64,000 bases of DNA from Bacteroidota bacterium (GTDB lineage: Bacteria; Bacteroidota; Bacteroidia; Palsa-965): contig JACQAM010000005.1 of NCBI GenBank assembly GCA_016194975.1, forward strand, positions 85,266 to 149,265, written 5' to 3'. Below the pieces are notes generated by a model. The model searched no databases, had not been told where the DNA came from, and worked only from the letters and a program-made list of their open reading frames with translations. The first letter of the stretch is position 1; each line of letters opens with the position of its first letter. Of the stretch, positions 48,520 through 58,525 are shown in pieces. Both the position numbers and the translations under genes were made by a program.

Positions 48520-48599
48520 AAATCATTGCCGGCTGCCGTGCTCGTTTCCGGCAATTTCGCAACTTTTTCCCGAATTAATTCGGGATTTCGTATTTCGTA

Positions 48600-50255
48600 C
48601 TACTGCCTCAGCAACTCTTTCGCATTTTTCACCGCGGCCTCTCCCGGTTTTCCGTCGCTCAGCATTTTTGCAATTTCCTGCACGCGTTCTTCCTTTGTCA
48701 ATTCTTTTATGCGCGTAAAAGTTTTCTTTCCTTTTTCTTCTTTGTAAACGAACAAATGATTTTTTCCTTTGCTTGCAACCTGGGGCAAATGTGTAATGGA
48801 GATCACTTGCATGCCTGCCGACATTTTATCAAGAATGCTTCCTGTCTTCGCTGCAATGTCGCCGGAAATTCCGGCATCGATCTCATCGAAAATAATGGTA
48901 GGCAGAGCAGTGTGTTCTGCGAGAAGAGATTTTAAACTCAGCATCAGCCGCGACAATTCTCCGCCGGAGGCAACTTTATTCAGCGGTTGAGCTGCGCTTC
49001 CTTTATTCGCAGAAAATAAAAACATAACACGGTCCGTTCCTTTTTCGCCGGGCTCATTTAATTTTTCAAGTTGCACATTCAATTCGGCATTCGGCATTCC
49101 TAATCCTTTCAGCGTTTTTTTTACGGAAGAAATAAGTGTGCTTGAGGCAGCATTTCTTTTCTCAGAGAGTTTTGCAGCAAGATCAGAAAGTTTTTCGCGC
49201 ATCGCTGACAGCTCTTTCGAAAGAACTTTAATCTGGTCTTCGAGTGAACCGGCCGTTTCAATTTTCTTTTCAAGTTCTTCTTTAACCGCGAGCAGATCTG
49301 AGATCGTTTTCACATCATGTTTTTGCTGGAGCCGGTAAATATTATCCAAACGTTCCTGCAGGATGGTAATTCTTTTCGGATCATGAACAATGCTGTCGTT
49401 GAGCGATGCTATCTCCGCAGAAATATCTTTCAGTTCAATATGCGCGCTGTTCAATCGTTCGTGAAGGTTATGAATTTCCGGATTGAATTTCGAAAGTTGC
49501 GCGAGTATGTTGCGCACAGACGAAAGCGTGGCCAGCATGTTCTCTTCTCCGCCATCGAGCACGCGGAAAGAATATTGCAAGCCGGTTTTTATTGTCTCGG
49601 AATTTTCAAGCGTTTCCAGTTCTGTTTCAAGTTTCATCTGTTCACCGGGATGAAGTTTCAATCCGGCAAGTTCATTGAACTGAAAATTAAAATAATCGAG
49701 ATCTTTTTTTGCTTTTGCTTCTGCTTCAGAAATTTCATTCAGACGCGCGCTTGTTTTCCGGAATGAACGAAAACATTCTGAATATTCGCCAAGCAGTTTT
49801 TCATTCGCAGCAACAGCATCGAGAACAGACAACTGGAATTTCGATTCATTCAGCAACAACGTCTCGTGCTGGGAATGCACATCCACTAATTTATTCCCGA
49901 TCTCTTTCAGCAAAGAAATATTCACCGGCGTATCATTGATGAAAGCGCGCGACTTTCCATCAACACTCACTTCCCTTCGTATCACCGAATCATTTTCATA
50001 ATCAATATCATTCGCACTGAAAAAATCTTTCAACTCATATTCTTTCAAAGCAAAAGTTCCTTCTACAATGCATTTCTTCGTTTTATCCGCAAGTGCAGCA
50101 GCATCGGCACGATCGCCAAGTAATAATCCAAGTGCGCCAAGGAGAATGGATTTTCCCGCGCCGGTCTCACCGGTAATGATCGTAAATCCTTTCCCGATGC
50201 TGATCTCCAGCTCATCGATGAGGGCGTAGTTTTTTATGGATAAGGATTTGAGCAT
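48600..50255 (-). CDS. recN: DNA repair protein RecN
   Basis: SMC-like N-terminal Walker A (GETGAGKS), coiled coil, C-terminal signature and Walker B. Confidence 0.9.
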   Translation of the reverse strand: MLKSLSIKNYALIDELEISIGKGFTIITGETGAGKSILLGALGLLLGDRADAAALADKTKKCIVEGTFALKEYELKDFFSANDIDYENDSVIRREVSVDGKSRAFINDTPVNISLLKEIGNKLVDVHSQHETLLLNESKFQLSVLDAVAANEKLLGEYSECFRSFRKTSARLNEISEAEAKAKKDLDYFNFQFNELAGLKLHPGEQMKLETELETLENSETIKTGLQYSFRVLDGGEENMLATLSSVRNILAQLSKFNPEIHNLHERLNSAHIELKDISAEIASLNDSIVHDPKRITILQERLDNIYRLQQKHDVKTISDLLAVKEELEKKIETAGSLEDQIKVLSKELSAMREKLSDLAAKLSEKRNAASSTLISSVKKTLKGLGMPNAELNVQLEKLNEPGEKGTDRVMFLFSANKGSAAQPLNKVASGGELSRLMLSLKSLLAEHTALPTIIFDEIDAGISGDIAAKTGSILDKMSAGMQVISITHLPQVASKGKNHLFVYKEEKGKKTFTRIKELTKEERVQEIAKMLSDGKPGEAAVKNAKELLRQ

Positions 50256-50326
50256 TATTTTGTCAATGCAAAATTAAATGGGTCGACCATTGGCCGACCC
50301 TTATGTTCGTAAGTAAGGACAAAAGT

Positions 50327-51211
50327 TTATGCTGTTACTTTCTTCAGCACTTCCGCCATTTTCTTCCCGATCGTAGCTGGAGAATCGACCACATGCACGC
50401 CGCACTCGCGGAGAATGGCCATTTTTGCTTCGGCAGTATCTTCTGTTCCGCCCACGATCGCGCCTGCGTGGCCCATCGTTCTTCCTCTCGGTGCAGTTTT
50501 TCCGGCAATGAATCCTACTACCGGTTTTTTATTTCCATTCGCTTTTATCCAGCGCGCTGCTTCTGCTTCGAGTCCGCCGCCGATCTCTCCGATCATCACT
50601 ATTCCTTCCGTCTTAGGATCATTCATCAATAATTCCACTGCTTCTTTTGTTGTTGTTCCAATGATCGGATCTCCGCCTATTCCGATCGCCGTTGTAATTC
50701 CTAATCCTGCTTTCACAACCTGGTCTGCTGCTTCGTAAGTGAGCGTACCTGATTTGGAAACAATACCAATCGTTCCTTTGGTGAAAACAAATCCCGGCAT
50801 GATCCCGACTTTTGCTTCGCCTGCTGTGATCACTCCCGGACAATTCGGCCCGATCAAACGACAATCTTTTCCTCGTAAATATTCTTTTACAGAAATCATG
50901 TCTTTCACAGGAATTCCTTCCGTGATACACACGATAACTTTAATTCCTGCATCGGCAGCTTCCATGATTGCATCAGCAGCGAAAGGCGGCGGAACAAAAA
51001 TAATGGAGACATCGGCGCCGGTATCTTTCACTGCTTCAGAAACAGTATTGAAAACCGGGAGATCGAGATGCGCTGAACCACCTTTTCCGGGAGTTACTCC
51101 ACCGACAACGTTGGTTCCGAATTCGATCATTTGTGTTGCGTGAAAAGTTCCTTCTGTCCCGGTAAATCCCTGGACAATGACTTTTGAATTTTTTCCGACG
51201 AGAACGCCCAT
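50327..51211 (-). CDS. sucD: Succinate--CoA ligase [ADP-forming] subunit alpha
   Basis: CoA-binding Rossmann domain (VIVQGFTG), phospho-His loop GHAGA. Confidence 0.9.
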   Translation of the reverse strand: MGVLVGKNSKVIVQGFTGTEGTFHATQMIEFGTNVVGGVTPGKGGSAHLDLPVFNTVSEAVKDTGADVSIIFVPPPFAADAIMEAADAGIKVIVCITEGIPVKDMISVKEYLRGKDCRLIGPNCPGVITAGEAKVGIMPGFVFTKGTIGIVSKSGTLTYEAADQVVKAGLGITTAIGIGGDPIIGTTTKEAVELLMNDPKTEGIVMIGEIGGGLEAEAARWIKANGNKKPVVGFIAGKTAPRGRTMGHAGAIVGGTEDTAEAKMAILRECGVHVVDSPATIGKKMAEVLKKVTA

Positions 51212-51338
51212 TTAAATTTTGGATTTTCGATTATTAATTTTTGATCAACTCAAAATACTTTTTGAGTGTTGTAAAAATAAGGAAATTGTGGTTTGAATCT
51301 CAATCAACATTCAAAATCTAAAATCCAAATTCCAAAAT

Positions 51339-52991
51339 CTAATTCTTCTTCACTCTTTCAAGATTCAATGAATTCGTAGGATCAACCTGCAGGCCTGAAA
51401 TATTTTTCTGCACCAAGCGAACCACACGATCGTAATACAAAGGGATCACCGGCGATTCGTCAACAATGATCTGGTCCATGTGAAAGAAAAGATCGGCGCG
51501 GATACTGTCGTTCTGTTCCGTCAGGCATTTTTCATAGAGGCGATCGAATTCTGTATTGTGAAAATGCGTGTAGTTTGCACCCGCAGGAGAATAATTCTTA
51601 CTATAAAAAATACTCATGAAATTTTCAGGGTCGGGATAATCGCAGATCCACGATTTCCGGAAGAAGAGCAATTTATTTTCCGCGACCGCACTCTGGAAAG
51701 TTGCGGGAGGTAAAACTTCGATCACCGCAGGAATACCGATCTCGTTCAACTGGTGAACCACATCTTCCGCAATGTCCTGGTAAGTTCCGGTAGTGGAAAG
51801 TGTGATCGGTTTCAATCCTTTTCCATTCGGAAATCCCGCGAGATCGAGCAATTGTTTTGCTTTGACAGGATTGTAGGAAAATCCGTGCAACAATTCCGGA
51901 TCGTATGCGTGCATGCCCGGCGGAATGAATCCCCCATTGGCAGGAGTGCCAAGATTATAACGACGATAGCGCACAATATTTTCCCGGTCTATTGCATAGT
52001 TGATGGCCTGCCGCAGATATTTTATCCGCACCGGACTGTTCTTCACGATATCAAGATTTTCATCAATGAGAATTCCGAAGTAATCGGTCTTGAGAAATGG
52101 AGCCGACTGGAGAACAAATTTTTTCGAAAGATCTCCTGTCAATCGTCCTTCTCTGTCCAGCGTTTTTTCTTTATTGATAGCGTCAATACCCGTGATCATA
52201 TCAATATCGCCGCTGGTGAATTCCATGAACGCAGATTCCGGATCTTTGATGAAAGTCACTGAAACAAGATCAAGATAAGGCAGGCGGTTTCCTTTTTCAT
52301 CGAATTTGAAATACAATGGATTTTTTTCAAACACAAGATTGGAATTGTCTTTCCAGAATTTCAGTTTGAAAGGGCCTGTTCCCACAGGATTCCGGTAAAA
52401 ATCATCACCGTAAAATGCAACGACCTCTTTGGGCACAACCGAAAAATATTTCATCGTAAGTACACCGAGAAAAGGTTTGAAAGGATGACGGAGATGAATG
52501 GTAAGTGTGGAATCGTCCGGACTTTCAATTCCCGGCTGACCATTTCCATCCAGCGCCACAATATCTACAAGCGTCGATGCATTGGAAATTCTTTTATCAA
52601 AAAGGCGATCGAAACTATATTGGAAATCGGACGCAACCACTCTTCTTCCTTTTCCGCCCGGAAATTGAGGGTTGTCCTGGAACACAACGTCTGTTCTCAA
52701 ACGAAAAGTATAATCAGTTCCATCGTCACTCTGGCTCCACGATCTTGCAATACAGGGCTGAACTTCGAGGTCAGTATCCATTTCCACCAACCCATTGTAC
52801 AATTGATTCAATGCCCAGTTATTTTCGAACGAACCTGCCTGCGCGGGATCAAGTGAGCGTACATCACCGAGTTCATTGAAACGGAAAATCTTCGAATCAT
52901 CTTTTTCTTCCTTTGCTCCGCCACAATCTGAAAAAAGCGAAACCAGGAAAAATGCAGAGGAAAATAAGAATGCAAAACGGAAAACTTTCAT
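51339..52991 (-). CDS. ABC transporter substrate-binding protein, family 5 (peptide/nickel-type), lipoprotein
   Basis: 550 aa. Signal peptide with Cys (LFSDCGG). SBP_bac_5-type architecture. Confidence 0.75.
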   Translation of the reverse strand: MKVFRFAFLFSSAFFLVSLFSDCGGAKEEKDDSKIFRFNELGDVRSLDPAQAGSFENNWALNQLYNGLVEMDTDLEVQPCIARSWSQSDDGTDYTFRLRTDVVFQDNPQFPGGKGRRVVASDFQYSFDRLFDKRISNASTLVDIVALDGNGQPGIESPDDSTLTIHLRHPFKPFLGVLTMKYFSVVPKEVVAFYGDDFYRNPVGTGPFKLKFWKDNSNLVFEKNPLYFKFDEKGNRLPYLDLVSVTFIKDPESAFMEFTSGDIDMITGIDAINKEKTLDREGRLTGDLSKKFVLQSAPFLKTDYFGILIDENLDIVKNSPVRIKYLRQAINYAIDRENIVRYRRYNLGTPANGGFIPPGMHAYDPELLHGFSYNPVKAKQLLDLAGFPNGKGLKPITLSTTGTYQDIAEDVVHQLNEIGIPAVIEVLPPATFQSAVAENKLLFFRKSWICDYPDPENFMSIFYSKNYSPAGANYTHFHNTEFDRLYEKCLTEQNDSIRADLFFHMDQIIVDESPVIPLYYDRVVRLVQKNISGLQVDPTNSLNLERVKKN

Positions 52992-53240
52992 ACCATTTTT
53001 TGTCCAAACAAATTTGCCAAAATGCAGGAGGCGAATCAGGGACTACTCGGGGTGTATTATAAACAGGGTTATGAACAAAAAAGTCATTGCGGCAATGGGC
53101 ATTGAGGCAATAAGGGTTTGAGATTTTAAGAAAATTAGAAATATTCTTTTTCGATTATGTGGCAAATTTCCGGTCAATGATTTTTACCGGTTTTTTCCCT
53201 ATTATCCTAATACCTCAATAACCATTACCTTTATCGCCCA

Positions 53241-54569
53241 ATGAAAAACTCCCGTTCTGTTGCATTTCATACACTTGGATGCAAACTGAATTTTTCAGAA
53301 ACTTCCGCTATTGGAAGGCAACTTGCTGATGCCGGTTTTCAGAAGAAAGAATTCTTCGACGGGGCCGATGTTTTTGTGATCAATACTTGTTCGGTAACAG
53401 AAAATGCCGATAAGGAATGCAGGAAAATAGTGCGCGATGCACTTTCTGTTTCACCGGAAGCTTTCATTGTCATCATCGGTTGTTATGCTCAATTAAAACC
53501 AAAAGAGATCGCCGCTATTCCCGGCGTGGATCTTATTCTCGGCGCAACAGAAAAATTCAATCTTCCTCAATTTCTCGAATCGACTTTAAAAAAGAAATTC
53601 GCCGCCGTGCACTCCTGCGAGATCGCGGATGCAGGTACATTCGTGGGCGCATGGAGTTCGGGCGACCGCACACGCGCGTTCCTGAAAGTGCAGGACGGGT
53701 GCGACTACACGTGCGCCTTCTGCACGATCCCGCTCGCGCGCGGAAAAAGCAGGAGCGATAATATTGAAAATGTGATCGCGAGTGCAAATAAAATTGCTGA
53801 AAACGGTGTGAAAGAAATTGTTCTTACCGGTGTGAATCTCGGCGACTTCGGAAAAGGAATTTCGGGCAACAAAAAAAAGGAAGAGAATTTTCTTGAACTC
53901 ATCACTGAACTGGATAAAATAAAAGGAATTGAACGATTCCGGATTTCAAGCATCGAACCCAATTTACTGACAGATGAGATCATAGAATTCGTTGCGCGAT
54001 CAGAAAAATTCGTTCCGCATTTTCATATTCCACTTCAATCGGGGTCGGATGCAATGTTGAGATCGATGCGCAGAAGATACCTGCGCAATGTTTATCAGCA
54101 AAGAGTGGAAAAAATAAAATCGCTTATGCCGCATTGCTGCATTGGCGCGGATGTTATCGTTGGATTTCCCGGTGAAACAGAATTTGAATTTCTTGAAACC
54201 TACAATTTCCTGAATGCGCTTGACATTTCTTATCTCCATGTTTTCACTTATTCCGAACGTGAAAATACTGATGCGGTGAATTTAAAAGGAATTGTTCCCG
54301 TGGAAGAAAGAAGAAAAAGAAATAAAGTACTCCGTATGCTTTCTGAAAAAAAACTCCGGCATTTTTATTCGCAACATGAAGGAACGCTGAAGCCCGTGTT
54401 ATTCGAACAGGAAAACAGGAATGGAATGATGTACGGTTATACCGATAATTACATCCGCGTAAAAGCAGAACATGATTCGTCTTTAATAAACAGGATCACT
54501 ACTATTCCGCTTCACAGAATTGCTGCGGACGGAATTGTTGGCGCTGAGTTATTAGCAACACTGAAATAA
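53241..54569 (+). CDS. mtaB: tRNA (N6-L-threonylcarbamoyladenosine37-C2)-methylthiotransferase MtaB (MiaB-family radical SAM)
   Basis: N-terminal MTTase cluster (TLGCKLNFSETS), radical SAM CDYTCAFC, C-terminal TRAM-like region. Confidence 0.8.
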   Translation: MKNSRSVAFHTLGCKLNFSETSAIGRQLADAGFQKKEFFDGADVFVINTCSVTENADKECRKIVRDALSVSPEAFIVIIGCYAQLKPKEIAAIPGVDLILGATEKFNLPQFLESTLKKKFAAVHSCEIADAGTFVGAWSSGDRTRAFLKVQDGCDYTCAFCTIPLARGKSRSDNIENVIASANKIAENGVKEIVLTGVNLGDFGKGISGNKKKEENFLELITELDKIKGIERFRISSIEPNLLTDEIIEFVARSEKFVPHFHIPLQSGSDAMLRSMRRRYLRNVYQQRVEKIKSLMPHCCIGADVIVGFPGETEFEFLETYNFLNALDISYLHVFTYSERENTDAVNLKGIVPVEERRKRNKVLRMLSEKKLRHFYSQHEGTLKPVLFEQENRNGMMYGYTDNYIRVKAEHDSSLINRITTIPLHRIAADGIVGAELLATLK

Positions 54570-54649
54570 TTTTTTTGAAAATAAAATTTCTGCCTGCACT
54601 GAACAGAAAACCAAAACAGGCCTGACAACTGACAACTGACAACTGAAAT

Positions 54650-55864
54650 ATGTATCCAACCATCTACGACGCAGTAAAAGATCTCTTTCACATCAGCATT
54701 CCTTTCCTGAAATTATTGCAGAGCTTCGGATTTTTTGTAGCGATCGCATTTTTACTCTGCGCCTGGGTATTTGCAAAAGAACTTCACCGCAAAGAACTCC
54801 TCGGTTTACTCCAACCTACTTTCCGCAAAGTGATGATCGGTGTGAAAGCAACACAGGGTGAAATTGCCCTGCAATTCTTTTTTGGATTTCTCATTGGCTG
54901 GAAACTCATCTCCATTCCGTTCACAAAAGATTTTTCGGCCGATCCGCGCGCTTTTATGCTTTCCATGAAAGGAAATATTTTCATCGGGCTTGCCGGCGGC
55001 GCTGCACTTGCATTTCTCAAATGGAAAATGAGCGAAAAGAAGAAACTTGCTGAACCCATCGAACAGGAAGAAAAAGTAAGCGCGGCCGATCACGTAGGAA
55101 ATATGACCTTGCTCGCTGCGGGATTCGGTTTTCTTGGCGCAAAAATTTTCCACATCCTCGAAAATTTCAAAGAATTTCTCAGCGATCCGTCAAAAATGTT
55201 TTTCTCTTTCAGCGGGCTCACCATGTACGGCGGACTCATTCTCGGCGGAGCAGCCGTTCTTGTTTACGCGCACAAAAAAGGTTTCGGAATTTTTCACGTG
55301 ATGGATGCATGCGCGCCGGGGCTCATGCTCGCGTACGGAGTCGGCCGTCTCGGTTGCCACGTTTCCGGCGATGGCGATTGGGGAATCGTGAATAAATCCC
55401 CGCAACCGTCGTGGTTGCATTTTCTTCCGAAGTGGATCTGGGCTTACGATTATCCGAATAATGTAAATGGCGTTTTCAATCCTTACACCGATGAACATTC
55501 GAAAGAATACATGATGGCGCAGGTGCAGGGAATGCTTTCCGGAAATGAAGTCCGGTTGGTGGATCCTGTTTTTCCAACTCCGTTTTACGAAGCTTTCATC
55601 TGCATTTTACTTTTCGGAATATTCTGGATGTTCCGGAAAAAATTCTCTTCACCCGGTTTACTCTTCAGTGTTTATCTTATTGCAAACGGAGTGGAACGAT
55701 TTTTCATTGAGCTCATCCGCGTAAACACAACTTTATTTCACATCGGTAGTTTCCGGATGACGCAGGCAGAATTAATTGCGATCGTTCTGATACTGTTGGG
55801 TAGTTATGGTGTTTACTGGACGAAGAAAAAAAATAAAAACATCCCTCCTCTTCCGGCAACATGA
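54650..55864 (+). CDS. lgt: Prolipoprotein diacylglyceryl transferase (long Bacteroidota form)
   Basis: Lgt signature G.GRLGC..SGDGDWG and multiple TM helices. Confidence 0.75.
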   Translation: MYPTIYDAVKDLFHISIPFLKLLQSFGFFVAIAFLLCAWVFAKELHRKELLGLLQPTFRKVMIGVKATQGEIALQFFFGFLIGWKLISIPFTKDFSADPRAFMLSMKGNIFIGLAGGAALAFLKWKMSEKKKLAEPIEQEEKVSAADHVGNMTLLAAGFGFLGAKIFHILENFKEFLSDPSKMFFSFSGLTMYGGLILGGAAVLVYAHKKGFGIFHVMDACAPGLMLAYGVGRLGCHVSGDGDWGIVNKSPQPSWLHFLPKWIWAYDYPNNVNGVFNPYTDEHSKEYMMAQVQGMLSGNEVRLVDPVFPTPFYEAFICILLFGIFWMFRKKFSSPGLLFSVYLIANGVERFFIELIRVNTTLFHIGSFRMTQAELIAIVLILLGSYGVYWTKKKNKNIPPLPAT

Positions 55865-56685
55865 GCGGTTTGTTCGAAAATTCCATTGGAGGAAAAGAGT
55901 TCAGCATCATCTGTGAAGAAATGCAGATTCTGAGTTTGCAAGTTGGAAAATTCGTCAGTGAAGAAAGAAAAAAAATAAAAAGTTTAGACATCGAACACAA
56001 GGGATCTTCTGACCTTGTTTCTTACGTGGACAAAACAGCAGAGAAAAAATTCGTTGAAGGACTGAAAAAAATTCTTCCGTCAGCAGGATTCATTGCGGAG
56101 GAAGATCATACGTTGAAAAAAAACGAAATTCTCAATTGGGTGATCGATCCGCTCGATGGAACCACGAATTATCTCCACGGCGTTCCCGTCTTCGCAACAT
56201 CAGTTGCATTGTTACAGAATAATATTCCCGTTGCCGGAGTCGTGCACGAGATCAATCTCGATGAATGTTTTTATGCGTGGAAGAATGGTGGTGCATGGAT
56301 GAACGGAGAAAAAATATGCATTTCAAAAAAAACAGAACTGCAAAATTCCCTGGTCGCAACCGGTTTTCCCTATGAGGAACAGGGCTGGCACGAAAAATAC
56401 ATTTCTCTTTTCTCCGATGTGCAGCGTTCTTCATTGGGAATTCGCCGGCCGGGATCAGCGGCAACAGACATCGCGTACGTTGCGGGCGGGCGCTTCGATG
56501 CGTACTACGAGTATGGCATACATGCGTGGGACGTGGCTGCGGGTGCGTTGCTCGTGCAGGAAGCAGGAGGTACGGTAAAAGATTTTTCCGGTGGCGATGA
56601 TTTTATTTTTGGCGAAAGGTTCGTGTGCGGCAATGAAAAAATCGTTGAAGAACTTCTTCAGAAAATAAAAATTCATTTCAAGTAG
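55861..56685 (+). CDS. Inositol monophosphatase / SuhB-family phosphatase
   Basis: WVIDPLDGTTNYLHG metal-binding motif. 274 aa. Confidence 0.8.
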   Translation: MSGLFENSIGGKEFSIICEEMQILSLQVGKFVSEERKKIKSLDIEHKGSSDLVSYVDKTAEKKFVEGLKKILPSAGFIAEEDHTLKKNEILNWVIDPLDGTTNYLHGVPVFATSVALLQNNIPVAGVVHEINLDECFYAWKNGGAWMNGEKICISKKTELQNSLVATGFPYEEQGWHEKYISLFSDVQRSSLGIRRPGSAATDIAYVAGGRFDAYYEYGIHAWDVAAGALLVQEAGGTVKDFSGGDDFIFGERFVCGNEKIVEELLQKIKIHFK

Positions 56686-56787
56686 GGGAAAGATTATGGA
56701 TTGAACGAATATTCGAATTCTCATTTTCAATTCTTCGCAACTTAACGGTTAACTTTATCTCCTGTTAATTAGCATTACCTTTATTCC

Positions 56788-57555
56788 ATGTCAAAATTAA
56801 TTCTCACCCGCCCCATTGCTTTTATCGATCTTGAAACAACAGGAATTAATGTTGCATCGGATCGCATCGTGGAAATTTCCATTCTTAAAATTCTTGTCAA
56901 TGGAAACCGCGAAACAAAAACCATGCTCATCAATCCAACCATTTCCATTCCCATCGAGACGACCGTCATTCACGGAATAAAAGATGAGGATGTGAAAGAT
57001 TCCCCGACGTTTAAAGATGTGGCGAAAGAAATTTTTTATTTTCTCGAAGGATGTGATCTCGGCGGATACAATTCCAATAAATTCGACGTTCCGCTTCTTG
57101 CTGAAGAATTTCTGCGCTGCGATGTGGAGTTTGATATCAGCACGAGAAAATTAGTGGACGTGCAGAATATTTTTCATCGCCTCGAACAGCGCACACTCGC
57201 CGCCGCATACCAGTTCTATTGCGGAAAACCATTGGAGAAAGCGCATTCTGCCGAAGCCGATATTGTTGCGACGTATGAAATTCTGGAAGCACAACTCGAT
57301 CGTTATTCAGAATTGAAAGGTGATGTGGATTTTCTTGCTGAATTTTCTTCGAAGACGAATAATGTGGACATGATGGGAAGAATAGTTTACAACAACAAAC
57401 ACATTCCTGTTTTCAATTTCGGAAAACATAACCAGAAACCGGTGACAGAAGTTTTTGAAAAAGAACCGTCGTACTACACCTGGATGATGAACGGAGATTT
57501 TCCTTTGTACACGAAGAAGGTCATCACGAAGATCAGGCTGAGCATGAAAAAATAG
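56788..57555 (+). CDS. DEDDh 3'-5' exonuclease (DnaQ / DNA Pol III epsilon-like)
   Basis: Exo I FIDLETTG, Exo II and Exo III HSAEAD motifs. Confidence 0.7.
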   Translation: MSKLILTRPIAFIDLETTGINVASDRIVEISILKILVNGNRETKTMLINPTISIPIETTVIHGIKDEDVKDSPTFKDVAKEIFYFLEGCDLGGYNSNKFDVPLLAEEFLRCDVEFDISTRKLVDVQNIFHRLEQRTLAAAYQFYCGKPLEKAHSAEADIVATYEILEAQLDRYSELKGDVDFLAEFSSKTNNVDMMGRIVYNNKHIPVFNFGKHNQKPVTEVFEKEPSYYTWMMNGDFPLYTKKVITKIRLSMKK

Positions 57556-57636
57556 GTTATGTATAATACCTTTTGGTAAACTTTAGTATTTCGTAACTTT
57601 CCCCGAATTAATTCGGAATTTCGTCTTTCTTACTCC

Positions 57637-58248
57637 ATGAAAATAATCTGCATCGGCCGCAACTACGCTGAACACGCTAAAGAGATGAACAGCGCTGTTC
57701 CCACCGAACCTGTTCTGTTCATGAAACCGGAAACGGCTTATCTGAAAGCAGGAGAAAAATTTTACTACCCGGAATTCTCGAAAGAAATTCATCATGAAGT
57801 GGAATTGGTGCTGCGCATTTCGAAAATGGGAAAACACATTGACGAACAATTCGCAAACCGCTATTACGAAGAAATAGGAATAGGAATTGATTTCACTGCA
57901 CGTGATCTGCAAATAAAAATGAAAGAGAAAGGATTGCCCTGGGAAAAAGCAAAAGCATTCGACAGTTCTGCTCCCGTAGGAAAATTTCTTCCCGTACATT
58001 CTTTTCCCGATCTTAAAAATATTGATTTCCGTCTTGATGTGAATGGAAAAACAGTGCAGCAGGGAAATACAAAAAACATGCTCTTCTCCTTCGACCAACT
58101 ACTCTCCTACTCTTCAAAATTTTTCACGCTAAAGAAAGGCGATCTTGTTTTTACAGGAACGCCCGAAGGCGTGGGGCCGGTGAAAATTGGCGATAAACTG
58201 GAAGCGTATATCGGGGAAGAGAAGTGTTTGGAGCTGGAGGTGAAATAA
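57637..58248 (+). CDS. Fumarylacetoacetate hydrolase (FAH)-family protein
   Basis: MKIICIGRNYAEHAKEM is typical of the FAH family, as are the E..LV and FTGTPEGVGPV motifs. Confidence 0.8.
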   Translation: MKIICIGRNYAEHAKEMNSAVPTEPVLFMKPETAYLKAGEKFYYPEFSKEIHHEVELVLRISKMGKHIDEQFANRYYEEIGIGIDFTARDLQIKMKEKGLPWEKAKAFDSSAPVGKFLPVHSFPDLKNIDFRLDVNGKTVQQGNTKNMLFSFDQLLSYSSKFFTLKKGDLVFTGTPEGVGPVKIGDKLEAYIGEEKCLELEVK

Positions 58249-58352
58249 TTTCCGGAAGAAAAAAAATATTCATCACCGCCAACTCCCCTTTCGCACTTCC
58301 TTGAAATATTTTTTTCATTTTATTTTTTACCAGGCAACAAAGTAAAATAAAA

Positions 58353-58474
58353 GGCATCTCTAAAAACACAGAAATGCAAGGCGGGCAAGCCCGAAAAACC
58401 GGAATTTACTATTCGTAAATGAGGATTTTGAGGACGTAGCCCAACGCAGCAGTTCGAAGTTATTAGAGATGCCC
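58353..58474. repeat. Full-length copy (~122 bp) of the MITE/REP-like element with GGCATCTCTAA / TTAGAGATGCC terminal inverted repeats
   Basis: The reverse complement matches the 29337 copy. It lies just beyond the 3' end of the minus-strand S8 peptidase gene. Confidence 0.7.
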
Positions 58475-58525
58475 ATAAAAAAGAAAAGCCCCGCTACGGA
58501 GGCCTTTCTTGAAATTGGCAATGAA

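Noticed and set aside
48526-48747. 73-aa plus-strand ORF following ompH
   Set aside because: It overlaps the 3' end of recN on the opposite strand and the palindromic motif. It has no coding-like features and is more likely non-coding.
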